Of a stretch of 64,000 bases of DNA, positions 46,831 through 56,008 are shown in pieces. The stretch lies in the sequence record PP763257.1, one strand, 5' to 3'. Positions within the stretch are counted from its first letter, which is position 1; the number at the start of each line of letters is the position of its first letter. This stretch comes from Acinetobacter phage Ab5. The notes beneath the pieces were generated by a model, which searched no databases, had not been told where the DNA came from, and saw only the letters and a list, made by a program, of their open reading frames with translations. The position numbers and the translations under genes are program-made.

Positions 46831-46889
46831 ATCAAATTCCTTGTGTAATAAAAAAGAGAGCTATAACTTTCGTTATGCTCTCTAGTATA

Positions 46890-47096
46890 TTAAGGAATTA
46901 AGTTTTTGATGTCAATCTCATTCAATTCATTTAATTGAAATTCTTCAGACCAATAAGTCACAATACAATTTTTATGCATCTCAGAGAATTCTCTCATAGC
47001 CTGTTGTTGTTCCATAACATCACTAAATATTCCAACTATAACGTTATAGTCAAAACACAGGTACGAAACTTTTGCTGAAAGTAAAACTAAATCCAT
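46890..47096 (-). CDS. hypothetical protein
   Basis: 68 aa. Confidence 0.45.
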   Translation of the reverse strand: MDLVLLSAKVSYLCFDYNVIVGIFSDVMEQQQAMREFSEMHKNCIVTYWSEEFQLNELNEIDIKNLIP

Positions 47097-47104
47097 ATTC
47101 TCTC

Positions 47105-47452
47105 CTAAAGTGAAAACTTGTCAATAAAATTACGATGGGTTCTGTGACTGCCAAGATAAACTAAATTATCAATACCGTTTAAGTTAAGCATTACCCCCTC
47201 TCCAAGATATAGTCGTTCTGCTAAAAATTGGGTGTCATTAGCATCTAAACTTCCATGTCTATTAATCATGGCATCAAGACGATTTTTTATCTTTAGAATA
47301 AATAGACCAACACTACATTCGTAATTTATAAAATCTAACCCTATCCCTTCCCACCTTAGTTGAACAGTATTTGGATTATCCCAACTAGCGGGTCCGTTGT
47401 TTTTGTAATATCCTTTATTTAAAACAACAAATTCGTCTAAATTAATTTCCAT
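47105..47452 (-). CDS. hypothetical protein
   Basis: 115 aa. Confidence 0.5.
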   Translation of the reverse strand: MEINLDEFVVLNKGYYKNNGPASWDNPNTVQLRWEGIGLDFINYECSVGLFILKIKNRLDAMINRHGSLDANDTQFLAERLYLGEGVMLNLNGIDNLVYLGSHRTHRNFIDKFSL

Positions 47453-47460
47453 AATCTCTC

Positions 47461-47679
47461 CTAAGACATAAAAAATTTAAAAACCCAAAAGTCAAAAGTG
47501 TACGCAATAAAGAACATCATAAACAACAACTGCATCACAATAGAACCAATGATCTTTTTTAATGTTGATGATTGTTCAACATCTTCTTTAGTTAAGTTAT
47601 TGCGTACAACACCTAATGCAACTATCGAAGGGAATGCTGATACAATAAATAAACCAATCACAAAAATAATTATTTCCAT
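47461..47679 (-). CDS. small membrane protein
   Basis: 72 aa with two hydrophobic helices. Confidence 0.45.
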   Translation of the reverse strand: MEIIIFVIGLFIVSAFPSIVALGVVRNNLTKEDVEQSSTLKKIIGSIVMQLLFMMFFIAYTFDFWVFKFFMS

Positions 47680-47843
47680 TAGTCCTCCAATAGTCTTAAC
47701 AACTCAACAAGTGCTGTTTCGTAGTAAGAGTATTTTTCCCATTGTAAGTTATTACCTACTTCGATTTGATAATAACCAGTATTACCAACAGCTAATATCT
47801 TATACCATTGACCTTTGTGACTTCCACAATATTTAATAATCAT
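47679..47843 (-). CDS. hypothetical small protein (54 aa)
   Basis: Minus-strand ORF MIIKYCGSHKGQWYKILAVGNTGYYQIEVGNNLQWEKYSYYETALVELLRLLED with a GAGGAGA RBS 5 nt upstream. Its TAA overlaps the next ATG. Not in the ORF track. Confidence 0.45.
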   Translation of the reverse strand: MIIKYCGSHKGQWYKILAVGNTGYYQIEVGNNLQWEKYSYYETALVELLRLLED

Positions 47844-47855
47844 TTGTTTATCTCC

Positions 47856-48047
47856 TCACTCAGAACAAATTAATAAAATTTTGTTGTATGCAACTACACT
47901 GTTGGTTTCGTAGTAGACATACTGACACATCTCTTCAGATAGATGGTGTTGTAGAACAGAATTTGATAAAACATATTGACCAAATCGTTGTGTTCTATCT
48001 CCAGCATTCCATTGTAAGTATAACTTATTAAGCTCTTTGATTGTCAT
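47856..48047 (-). CDS. hypothetical protein
   Basis: 63 aa. Confidence 0.45.
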   Translation of the reverse strand: MTIKELNKLYLQWNAGDRTQRFGQYVLSNSVLQHHLSEEMCQYVYYETNSVVAYNKILLICSE

Positions 48048-48147
48048 GGTAATGACTCCTGTGTTTGTATGATTAAATAGTATCAGGTTTTAAAATCATA
48101 GTCAACAAAAAAAGAGAACAACTTTCGTCATTCTCTTCCTTATTTAA

Positions 48148-48816
48148 TTAACCTTTATTTAATTCTTGTTTAAGCGCTTCTAACTTAGCTTCAACAGAAG
48201 GTTTAGGTTGGTCTGAATATTTCTTAACTAAATCTTCACCAAGCTTCTCAGAGACAATCTCTTTAGCTTCTACAGATGCTTTAGCCTTCTTCACACGATT
48301 ACGTAAGTCATCAATATTGTAACCGAAGTCACCTTCAGATCCACCAAGCATTTGTGCGCGAAGTTTGTAAGACTTTTCTTCCATATCCATACGTTGAATC
48401 TCAACTTCTAAACTGCGTTTCTCTGCTTGTAAAGTTTGGATGTAATTTAGTTGTTGTTCAATAACAGGCTCTAAGATATCATTAGATGCTTGTAAACTTT
48501 CAATCGTAGCTTCAAACAATTCAACACGTCCCAATGCTTGTGCTGCTTCTACATCTTCACCACGAGATACAGCATTACGTGCCACTTGATTCATTGCTAC
48601 AACTTGTTTGTTTAAAGATTTAATTTCATCTTTATTAAATTGAACTTGTTGTTGAGCTTCTTCTACACTCTTGCGTAGTTTAGATGCCTTGTTGTCAATT
48701 TGACGGATAATAGCTCCACCTTCACGTTTAATATCAACAATACTGTCTAATGCTTTCTCAGCTTTTTCATTAACAACGTTAGCTGATACAGAAAATAATT
48801 TAGATAACCATGACAT
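48148..48816 (-). CDS. PspA/IM30 (phage-shock protein A / Vipp1 / LiaH) family protein
   Basis: 222 aa all-helical coiled coil. The N-terminus MSWLSKLFSVSANVVNEKAEKALD parallels PspA [24 protein letters not shown]. The internal SRGEDVEAAQAL parallels LxKGxEDLAREAL. The C-terminus is KLEALKQEL. Confidence 0.7.
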   Translation of the reverse strand: MSWLSKLFSVSANVVNEKAEKALDSIVDIKREGGAIIRQIDNKASKLRKSVEEAQQQVQFNKDEIKSLNKQVVAMNQVARNAVSRGEDVEAAQALGRVELFEATIESLQASNDILEPVIEQQLNYIQTLQAEKRSLEVEIQRMDMEEKSYKLRAQMLGGSEGDFGYNIDDLRNRVKKAKASVEAKEIVSEKLGEDLVKKYSDQPKPSVEAKLEALKQELNKG

Positions 48817-48843
48817 AATGTCTCTCCTTTGTTTAAAATAAAT

Positions 48844-49371
48844 TTAGTATTCAAAAACGTTTGTTGTCTTCTTGGAATTAATATTATCAACAGTATTTGA
48901 ATCTGTCAACAAAAAATTATAATTAATTCCATATTTTTTATACAACTTGATATCTTCTGGATTCATACGCCTACGTAATGCTTCAACTTTAGAATGGAAC
49001 TCAGAAATAAATGGTTCTACATTTGTACAGTCATAAAGATAACCATTCGCAACTTTAGTTTGGAAATTTGGAAGTTCCTTAAATCCAAACATACTATGAT
49101 GGTCTGATAAGCGATAAGGAAAATAGTAATTCCATCTATCACCATTGGAATTTAACTCTTCTTTATAATAATCCAATAAGTTTTGATAGTTCAGTGTTAA
49201 ATTACTTACACACCATTTGTAATCCTCAATAAACATATTTCGCATAGAAGATTTCCGATTAAAACAAGCTGTCGCATGACAAGCTTCAGGTGTATCTTTA
49301 ACTAATCTTGGTAAAACAATAATAAAGAACACTGCAATTAAAACTAATATTAGAAGTAAAAGTAAAAACAT
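48844..49371 (-). CDS. membrane-anchored protein, paralogue B
   Basis: N-terminal TM (MFLLLLLILVLIAVFFIIVL). Ectodomain with conserved Cys. C-terminal PEDIKLYKKYGINYNF shared with the 49382 ORF. Confidence 0.55.
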   Translation of the reverse strand: MFLLLLLILVLIAVFFIIVLPRLVKDTPEACHATACFNRKSSMRNMFIEDYKWCVSNLTLNYQNLLDYYKEELNSNGDRWNYYFPYRLSDHHSMFGFKELPNFQTKVANGYLYDCTNVEPFISEFHSKVEALRRRMNPEDIKLYKKYGINYNFLLTDSNTVDNINSKKTTNVFEY

Positions 49372-49381
49372 AATACTCTCC

Positions 49382-49876
49382 TTAATCTTTCAAAATAGCT
49401 TTATAAGAAACCCCATATTTCTTATACAAAGCTAAATCTTCTGGTGTAATCCTATTCTTCATATCATCACAAATCTGATTAAACTCAATCATGAAATCTT
49501 TTGTCCATGATGGAATGTCGTGATTTTGCTTACACTCCGTACTTCCTGTTTTACATTTTGGAAAAGGAATGTGGTACGGATAATAATAACCATTAGTTTG
49601 AGCATATTCGCTTCTGTATTTAACAACAAGAGAAACAGCTTCCCATACCCAATATCTATAATCAATAGGGTTATTGATATTACTGTTAAAATTATAAGAA
49701 CCAAATGTTTCACAAGCCCATACATAATTAGCTTGGTATTCACGTTTAATCTGATCTAAAGATTTAACTTTTACAATGGAACCTTTATTGTTAATGATAA
49801 ATTTTCCATGAATGCAATTAAAATAAATATAAATACCTATTAGAAAACCTACACCAATAAATATCCAATCCATCAA
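49382..49876 (-). CDS. membrane-anchored protein, paralogue A
   Basis: N-terminal TM (MMDWIFIGVGFLIGIYIYF). YYYPYH and PEDLALYKKYGVSYKAIL motifs shared with the 48844 ORF. Confidence 0.55.
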   Translation of the reverse strand: MMDWIFIGVGFLIGIYIYFNCIHGKFIINNKGSIVKVKSLDQIKREYQANYVWACETFGSYNFNSNINNPIDYRYWVWEAVSLVVKYRSEYAQTNGYYYPYHIPFPKCKTGSTECKQNHDIPSWTKDFMIEFNQICDDMKNRITPEDLALYKKYGVSYKAILKD

Positions 49877-50085
49877 TCTTTCTCCATCTGTTCTTTAACA
49901 AAATCTTGAAACTCACTAGGGTGCATTCGTTTATCTGACAATTTAGAATATGACAGTATGTCATGATGAGGGTAATATTTAAATATCATTTCTCGTGCTT
50001 CATTAATATCTTTAGCTAAAATGTAAACTTTACCTGTTGAAATAACAAGTAGCTTCGGATAGAACTCAAATACATAAGGGTACAT
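49873..50085 (-). CDS. small protein of the ExxEA family
   Basis: 70 aa. MYPYVFEFYP...VYILAKDINEAREMIFKY. Confidence 0.45.
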   Translation of the reverse strand: MYPYVFEFYPKLLVISTGKVYILAKDINEAREMIFKYYPHHDILSYSKLSDKRMHPSEFQDFVKEQMEKD

Positions 50086-50101
50086 AAAAATCTCCTGAAG
50101 A

Positions 50102-50596
50102 TCACTTTAATCGATCCACAAATGATAACCTCAACATAATTCTTTTGCAAGCTTTTTCTACAATAGGTGACTGATGATATTCTCTGTTATATTTGTAAAT
50201 AGAATTAGGTTCTGTCTCTCCAATCAATTTGTATTCACCGTCAACTAAATCAAAGAACTTGGTGCCACCACTACTTGTATATAATAAATGAGTTTCTTGT
50301 TTATTAGGATGATTAAAGTCTTTAGTCCAATCTAAATGCACCTGATTCAAATGATCACCACTATCACCTTCTTTGAGGTTGCGTACTTTAACATCAAGAT
50401 AACATAATTCGTATTGATTGAATAAAGTTCTAGAGTTGTCTAACATAACTAAAATAATACTTTGAATTTGCTCATCGAAAAAGTCTGATATAAATCTTAA
50501 TAGATGCAAACCATTATTAATTCTTTTGTACTTAATTTCATGTAAAGGTGTATTGGTGAAATCAAAACTACCTTCAAATGTTTTAATCTTTTGCAT
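50102..50596 (-). CDS. hypothetical protein
   Basis: 164 aa. Confidence 0.5.
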   Translation of the reverse strand: MQKIKTFEGSFDFTNTPLHEIKYKRINNGLHLLRFISDFFDEQIQSIILVMLDNSRTLFNQYELCYLDVKVRNLKEGDSGDHLNQVHLDWTKDFNHPNKQETHLLYTSSGGTKFFDLVDGEYKLIGETEPNSIYKYNREYHQSPIVEKACKRIMLRLSFVDRLK

Positions 50597-50665
50597 ACAT
50601 AATTCCTAGATATAAAAGAAGGACACTCAATTATGAATGTCCTTTGTGTTTAATTAATCGTTAGA

Positions 50666-51157
50666 TTAATACCCACAATCATAGTAGTCATAATCAAAAG
50701 TTACTTCCTCACCTTTAACTTTAATTTTAACTTCATAGTTTGTAGTGTAAATCTCATCAATCAATTCTGATAATGAATGCATATCACTAGAGAATGTAGG
50801 ATTATCAGCATGTTGTGAATTAATTGATGTCATGTTTTCTTCATCGATTTCCAATAACTCTGCATAATCGTCATGTTCATCTACATATAGTTCATCATTA
50901 TGAAAATACTTGTAGCCATTACTACTCTCATATGTACCATTGCAAATAGAATAATCATAATGATGTGAAACCTCATCTCCATCATTCCATGTTGGTGTAT
51001 AACCACGCACAACAATTGCAAAGTCACCATACTTTAACTTTAATTCTTGAATAACCTGTTTAATAAAGTCATCATTCAAAGCTTTCATATAAGCAACATA
51101 TTCTTCACGAATTGTTTTGAATTTCTCAAAAGTGTTTTGGTTGATAATGTTTGTCAT
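50666..51157 (-). CDS. hypothetical strongly acidic protein
   Basis: 163 aa, very rich in D/E/Y. Confidence 0.5.
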   Translation of the reverse strand: MTNIINQNTFEKFKTIREEYVAYMKALNDDFIKQVIQELKLKYGDFAIVVRGYTPTWNDGDEVSHHYDYSICNGTYESSNGYKYFHNDELYVDEHDDYAELLEIDEENMTSINSQHADNPTFSSDMHSLSELIDEIYTTNYEVKIKVKGEEVTFDYDYYDCGY

Positions 51158-51167
51158 TTCTTTCTCC

Positions 51168-51539
51168 TTAATTGCTCAAACGTTTCATTTCTTTTTTACA
51201 GAAATCATAAATCTCTAAAGCTAATTCCTCAATTGGAACATAACCGTAAACTGTATCACATGGTTCCATAGGATCATCAGCATATTTATTAATGAAAGCT
51301 TCACTAAATTCAAATGATGGAAAACCAATTTCAACATGTGTATATTCTTTCACGTTCTCACGTGGTAAGCAATAATGATATTCACTTGCTTGAATAGATA
51401 AGTGATGTTGATTAATTTTATAACCATCTTTTACAAAAGCAAATTTAAATGAAGGAACTCTTGTATCAGTAATTGAATTGAATACTCGACCATTCACAGT
51501 TGCTTTAATTCGTTCTAAGAACTCTTCATAAGTAGCCAT
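51168..51539 (-). CDS. hypothetical protein
   Basis: 123 aa. Confidence 0.5.
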   Translation of the reverse strand: MATYEEFLERIKATVNGRVFNSITDTRVPSFKFAFVKDGYKINQHHLSIQASEYHYCLPRENVKEYTHVEIGFPSFEFSEAFINKYADDPMEPCDTVYGYVPIEELALEIYDFCKKEMKRLSN

Positions 51540-51549
51540 TAAAACCTCC

Positions 51550-52332
51550 TTATTGTGTTACACTTGTTTTTAGATCAATATCTGGAACAATTACTTCAGG
51601 TTTAAATTTATTAACAATGGAATTATAAACTCTTTCATCTAACTGATCTTTATATCCTTCTACAATTTTAGAAACTATATCATACTTCTTTGCTTTGTAA
51701 ATATCAATAGCTTCTTTTTCGTTTTTAAACGATCCGAAATATAAATTAGTATTATTGCAACCAACGTACACCTCATAGGAGCCATATTTATTCACCATTA
51801 TACCTTGAGGATGACTACTTAATTTAGGTTGTTTTCTAAATAAATTGTTCACATGTTGTGGTACAAAACAACATGTGTCTTCACTATAAAGTAAATTGCC
51901 ATCAGAAAGTATATCTTTGTCTAATGCCCAACCCTTCAAACCGAAACCTTTTTGATTAAGACACCATTTTTGAAAGTAATCTAATCGCTTAAAGTTTTCA
52001 GAAACCTGACAACCTTGATATGTGGGCTGCTTTTCCTGTGTTACTTCATTATAACACCTAGATAGCATACCTCTCCAAATATTATACGAATTTGTTAACT
52101 TCCCGTTTTCTTTAACAATACCGTCTCCAACTATACCAACGTTATAAACACTTGGTTGTTCTTTGTCTCTAATATTCCCCTTCTTTAATTGTGTAAGTTG
52201 AACATTTACTCTAGTTCCTGTGTTTTTAAATTCAACAAGAACATCTTTATTGTTTGTGTACTCTAAAACAACAACTTCACCAAAATTTGTTGTTTGAAAA
52301 GTTAAACCAACATAGTTAGAATTTAATTTCAC
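51550..52332 (-). CDS. HNH-AP2 type homing endonuclease (paralogue 3 of 3)
   Basis: The central region GWALDKDILSDGNLLYSEDTCCFVPQHVNNLF parallels [31 protein letters not shown] of the 29943 ORF. The C-terminus is more diverged. Confidence 0.6.
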   Translation of the reverse strand: MKLNSNYVGLTFQTTNFGEVVVLEYTNNKDVLVEFKNTGTRVNVQLTQLKKGNIRDKEQPSVYNVGIVGDGIVKENGKLTNSYNIWRGMLSRCYNEVTQEKQPTYQGCQVSENFKRLDYFQKWCLNQKGFGLKGWALDKDILSDGNLLYSEDTCCFVPQHVNNLFRKQPKLSSHPQGIMVNKYGSYEVYVGCNNTNLYFGSFKNEKEAIDIYKAKKYDIVSKIVEGYKDQLDERVYNSIVNKFKPEVIVPDIDLKTSVTQ

Positions 52333-52676
52333 TTATATTTTCCTTTTAAATTATGTTCACGTAACCATTGTAAGCAATGTGTTGCCAAGTGTAGACGTTT
52401 TGGATTATCTGTGATTAATTGTCTATTATGAAACTCATACATCCCACCAACAGGATATACTACATCATAAGTATACAAAGACCACTCTTGAAACATCTTC
52501 CATCTTTGTTGTTTATCTATAAAAACAAATCTACATACAGCACATAATCCATCTTTGTGTAGATAATTTCTAGAATACTCAGGAAAAACTTTATAGAAAT
52601 CTTCCTTTGTTTTAATATCATACCAATTGTGAATCAAACGTTCTAACAATTCAATCTGTAAATCATATTTAGCCAT
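52329..52676 (-). CDS. hypothetical protein
   Basis: 115 aa. ATGA overlap. Confidence 0.5.
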   Translation of the reverse strand: MAKYDLQIELLERLIHNWYDIKTKEDFYKVFPEYSRNYLHKDGLCAVCRFVFIDKQQRWKMFQEWSLYTYDVVYPVGGMYEFHNRQLITDNPKRLHLATHCLQWLREHNLKGKYK

Positions 52677-52686
52677 TTATTAATCC

Positions 52687-52920
52687 TTAGTTGTATGGAT
52701 ACGGTGTATAGTTTTGATATCGAGATGTGTCAATTGTAGCAACAATTTGTTCAATTCGATCTTTATTTAAATAACCTTCATTCTCAATTTTACCATTAAC
52801 AACCAACGCACAACCAAATCTCATAGTTTTATTATATTCAATATGAGGTTCTAAATCTTCAGGTCTGACATTGTTTATAACATAACTACCATTGTTATAA
52901 ATACGAATACTAATTGTCAT
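52687..52920 (-). CDS. hypothetical protein
   Basis: 77 aa. Confidence 0.45.
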   Translation of the reverse strand: MTISIRIYNNGSYVINNVRPEDLEPHIEYNKTMRFGCALVVNGKIENEGYLNKDRIEQIVATIDTSRYQNYTPYPYN

Positions 52921-53120
52921 TAATTATCTCCAACAACCCAAGTGTAAAAGTCTAATTCACTTGTGTGTAGTAAAGCATGTACAGGTAATATTGTCAACTT
53001 CTCCTTAGGTGAAATACTTTTAATCTTCTGTACATGAGTTAAATAATCACCATGTTTAGTTACACGAAAGAAAGTTTTCGTTTTCTCATGATAACACATT
53101 TGATTAATCCGCTTTTCCAT
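52920..53120 (-). CDS. hypothetical protein (alternative longer form to 53222)
   Basis: Internal ATG at 53120 preceded by a GAGGA RBS. The track start at 53222 would overlap the next gene by about 90 nt. Confidence 0.35.
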   Translation of the reverse strand: MEKRINQMCYHEKTKTFFRVTKHGDYLTHVQKIKSISPKEKLTILPVHALLHTSELDFYTWVVGDN

Positions 53121-53130
53121 TTTAGAGTCC

Positions 53131-53307
53131 TCACTTTTGAACACAGAATGCGTTGTAAACTTTAGGTTGTTTCTTAGTAAACTCAGCAGCCTTAATACAT
53201 CTGTCACGAGAGGTAAACTCAACAGAAATCATTTCAACAGGTGTTGCACTAGAAGCTCTATATTCGTGTTGACCATACCACGAACTCATTACAATCATAA
53301 TCCACAT
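53131..53307 (-). CDS. hypothetical small protein (alternative start 53376)
   Basis: ATG at 53307 preceded by TGGAGAA. The protein is hydrophobic then basic. Confidence 0.3.
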   Translation of the reverse strand: MWIMIVMSSWYGQHEYRASSATPVEMISVEFTSRDRCIKAAEFTKKQPKVYNAFCVQK

Positions 53308-53472
53308 AATTTTCTCCAATAAAAAGATGACTATCTCGTTATGGATAATCATCTCAAAATTAAAACTAGATGTCAACTAATTTCTTTAACTTTTCAAAAA
53401 CTAATTGGTACATATCATTCACTTGATACTGTTTAGGTTCATTATATGAACTATGCTTAATTGGATGACATG

Positions 53473-53751
53473 TCATATTAAGTCCTTAATAGAATAACCT
53501 TCTTGTGCTACTGTCGCTGGAAATGCACCTATTGTTTCTTTTGTGCATTGAGTGTACCAAGCAATGTAACCATCTCTAGGTGTTGCTTTGAAATAAGTAT
53601 GGTAGGCATCTTCAAAGAAATTACCCCACTCTTCATATTCTTTGTTGACTTCTTTTTTGAATTCATCAAGGTCGTGATGACCTCGACTTATAACTAGATA
53701 TTCATCTTCGCCCCAATTTTCTAATATTAAAGGGTAGTTTTTAGCTTTCAT
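53473..53751 (-). CDS. hypothetical protein
   Basis: 92 aa. Confidence 0.5.
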   Translation of the reverse strand: MKAKNYPLILENWGEDEYLVISRGHHDLDEFKKEVNKEYEEWGNFFEDAYHTYFKATPRDGYIAWYTQCTKETIGAFPATVAQEGYSIKDLI

Positions 53752-53954
53752 AACAGTCCCTCTCGATTAAACACTGTCTTAAATTTGTCATCAGTTACTA
53801 TTGTAACATTTCCAATAGAATAAGGGTTATTTTTACATTTGTCAAAGAATTTTAAAGCTTCTTCTTTGAATAATGTTCGACCCGAATATTTAGGATGACC
53901 GTATCCATCAATAGATTCACCACTAAATAATAAATACCAATCTTCTTTAATCAT
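53748..53954 (-). CDS. hypothetical protein
   Basis: 68 aa. ATGA overlap. Confidence 0.45.
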   Translation of the reverse strand: MIKEDWYLLFSGESIDGYGHPKYSGRTLFKEEALKFFDKCKNNPYSIGNVTIVTDDKFKTVFNREGLL

Positions 53955-53999
53955 TAATTACTTTCCTCATTTAACGTAAACTCGTATTTTGTTATTAAA

Positions 54000-54326
54000 T
54001 CAAGGTTCTGTAAAGAACACTACTCGTTCTTTACGTTGATCAAACTGAGTAAGGACAATTGTGTTTATAGTACTTCCAAAATCATCTGTTTGAATAACAT
54101 ATATTTCATCTGGAACTTCAATTTGTTGATTTAAACATGTAAAAACATTTCTAGCATATTCATTATCAACAAACACTCCTTTGTAGAAGTTTTCTAAACT
54201 TTCATACTTTCCAGATTTAAATTCACAACCTTTTACCAAGATGTAAGCTTTAACTTTAAAATTTGGTACATTGAAGTCTAAAACATTAACTCCAACCTTT
54301 TCACTAATTTCCATACTCAATCCCAC
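54000..54326 (-). CDS. hypothetical protein
   Basis: 108 aa. Overlaps the upstream gene. Confidence 0.5.
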   Translation of the reverse strand: MGLSMEISEKVGVNVLDFNVPNFKVKAYILVKGCEFKSGKYESLENFYKGVFVDNEYARNVFTCLNQQIEVPDEIYVIQTDDFGSTINTIVLTQFDQRKERVVFFTEP

Positions 54327-54832
54327 AAGTTATCAAAATACTTAATAAACAACTCTCGACCTTCATCAACCTTACGTCTAACCTCAGCATCATATTCTCG
54401 ACTACGCTCCCACCAAGAATCTACATCTTCTTGTGTTACACCTTCTTTAAGAATCTGTCTCCACTGAGTAACCTTACCAAAAACAGGATGATCCTCCCAA
54501 ACAACAGGAGGAAACTTCTCAGGATGTGTTAAATCATCGTAGTAGAAATCATAAGGCTCAATATCAAAATACGTGGGATGCTCTGTAAATGCAAAGATCA
54601 TCTTATCTAACAACTCGTTCCATTGTTCTTCACAATATTCACTGGAGTAGTCGAAACAAGTTTCTCGTCCTGTCTCTGGATTAATATCTTTAGTAACTAA
54701 ATGTGGTGGAACCTTGTTCTTACGAAGTTCTTTAAATTGTTCCAACCCCTGAACAATAACTTTTGCAAGGTGTTTGTCTAAATTCCAAACTTCACGTTTG
54801 TTAAAGCGAAGCTTCCCTTTCTGAATGTGCAT
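54317..54832 (-). CDS. hypothetical protein
   Basis: 171 aa, Trp/acidic-rich. Confidence 0.5.
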   Translation of the reverse strand: MHIQKGKLRFNKREVWNLDKHLAKVIVQGLEQFKELRKNKVPPHLVTKDINPETGRETCFDYSSEYCEEQWNELLDKMIFAFTEHPTYFDIEPYDFYYDDLTHPEKFPPVVWEDHPVFGKVTQWRQILKEGVTQEDVDSWWERSREYDAEVRRKVDEGRELFIKYFDNLWD

Positions 54833-55248
54833 TATTTATCACCTCGCTTCTTAGCATTAGGGTAATACTTATCAGAGACACTCATAACAATACCCCATAC
54901 TTCTTTACTCACCCAATGAGGATTAACATCATTACCAACATTAATCATTTCACCTTTATCAATACGCTCTTGTAACTTTATTTGTTCAGCTAATTTCTGC
55001 TGCTCTAGTTGTTTGTAATGCTCACCACGAGTCATTTCAGCATATTCGCATAGATTCTCAACTAAGTCTAAATCAACTGCTCCAACACGATTGTATACCA
55101 ATCCACCATCAGTGAACGTCTGATTATCACAATTACAATTTACAAAGTGATGTTGATGTTTACTCTCAAGGATTGTACCGCACACTAAGCATTTTACAGC
55201 GTTGCGTGTTAAAACTTTAATTATTTCATTTTCGTCTAATTCAATCAT
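54832..55248 (-). CDS. zinc-finger protein
   Basis: 138 aa. CLVCGTILESKHQHHFVNCNC is a Cys/His cluster, followed by a coiled-coil/basic C-terminal tail. Confidence 0.5.
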   Translation of the reverse strand: MIELDENEIIKVLTRNAVKCLVCGTILESKHQHHFVNCNCDNQTFTDGGLVYNRVGAVDLDLVENLCEYAEMTRGEHYKQLEQQKLAEQIKLQERIDKGEMINVGNDVNPHWVSKEVWGIVMSVSDKYYPNAKKRGDK

Positions 55249-55264
55249 CTATTTCTCCCAAGAT

Positions 55265-55480
55265 TCATCTCAACGTTATGATTTGGAGCATTAAAACTCC
55301 GTATTGTGCCTGATACACTCCATTAGCAAGATTCTTATCTACACCGATGTAAACATCAATAAAGTTCTCAGCAACACCATGCAACCTTACATGATATTTA
55401 CCACACCACTCAAACAACTCCAGTTTGATACTGTTAATTTCTAAACTTTTTAAGCTTTTGTATTTGTGACTAATCTCCAC
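55265..55480 (-). CDS. hypothetical protein
   Basis: 71 aa. Confidence 0.4.
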   Translation of the reverse strand: MEISHKYKSLKSLEINSIKLELFEWCGKYHVRLHGVAENFIDVYIGVDKNLANGVYQAQYGVLMLQIITLR

Positions 55481-55584
55481 TTTTTTCTCTCTCCAAAATT
55501 AAATCCATACTTTCATCACGCACCTTCCTTAAAATATGTATTAAGAATAAACTTAACACGAGATTCAAACTGCATCTTACGAAA

Positions 55585-55707
55585 CTAGAGCATATCTAAA
55601 CATTCTTGTTGATATTCTTCAGTTGCAGCAGAATAGTCAAAACCATTACTCTTAATTCCACCAAGAAACCAAAGATTGATCTTATCTAAGATAGAATATT
55701 GTTTCAT
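55585..55707 (-). CDS. hypothetical small protein (40 aa)
   Basis: MKQYSILDKINLWFLGGIKSNGFDYSAATEEYQQECLDML with a GAGGTG RBS 5 nt upstream. Not in the ORF track. Confidence 0.35.
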   Translation of the reverse strand: MKQYSILDKINLWFLGGIKSNGFDYSAATEEYQQECLDML

Positions 55708-55754
55708 TTTTTCACCTCAACTATTTTATAGATACAATAAATTATAGATATAAT

Positions 55755-55788
55755 AAAACAGACCTAACATTTCTGTCAAGTCTGTTTT
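55755..55788 (-). terminator. hairpin terminator with a TTGACA-containing loop (cassette-like)
   Basis: On the - strand: AAACAGACttgacagaaatgttagGTCTGTTTT followed by TATTAT. Resembles the + strand cassettes at 36814 and 44385. Confidence 0.45.
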
Positions 55789-55806
55789 GATGATTATTTT
55801 AGAAGA

Positions 55807-55998
55807 TTAACATTCTCCTAATTTCTTTGATAAATCACACCAATAGTCATGACCTTGTGGTGTACTCTCCCAATCGAAGCATTCAATCACTTCAGAACAA
55901 TCTTCATCAATCTTAGAACAATTATCTTCTAAGAACTTAGCAGCATACCAATCAATTTCTCTTACACGTTCAATAAGTAATTGTAAATTAGTTTTCAT
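55807..55998 (-). CDS. hypothetical Cys-rich acidic protein
   Basis: 63 aa. Confidence 0.45.
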   Translation of the reverse strand: MKTNLQLLIERVREIDWYAAKFLEDNCSKIDEDCSEVIECFDWESTPQGHDYWCDLSKKLGEC

Positions 55999-56008
55999 TT
56001 ATTTCTCC

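Noticed and set aside
49489-49759. Two overlapping ORFs (84 aa -, 79 aa +) inside the membrane-paralogue gene 49382-49876
   Set aside because: Alternative-frame and antisense ORFs. The main frame has paralogue support.
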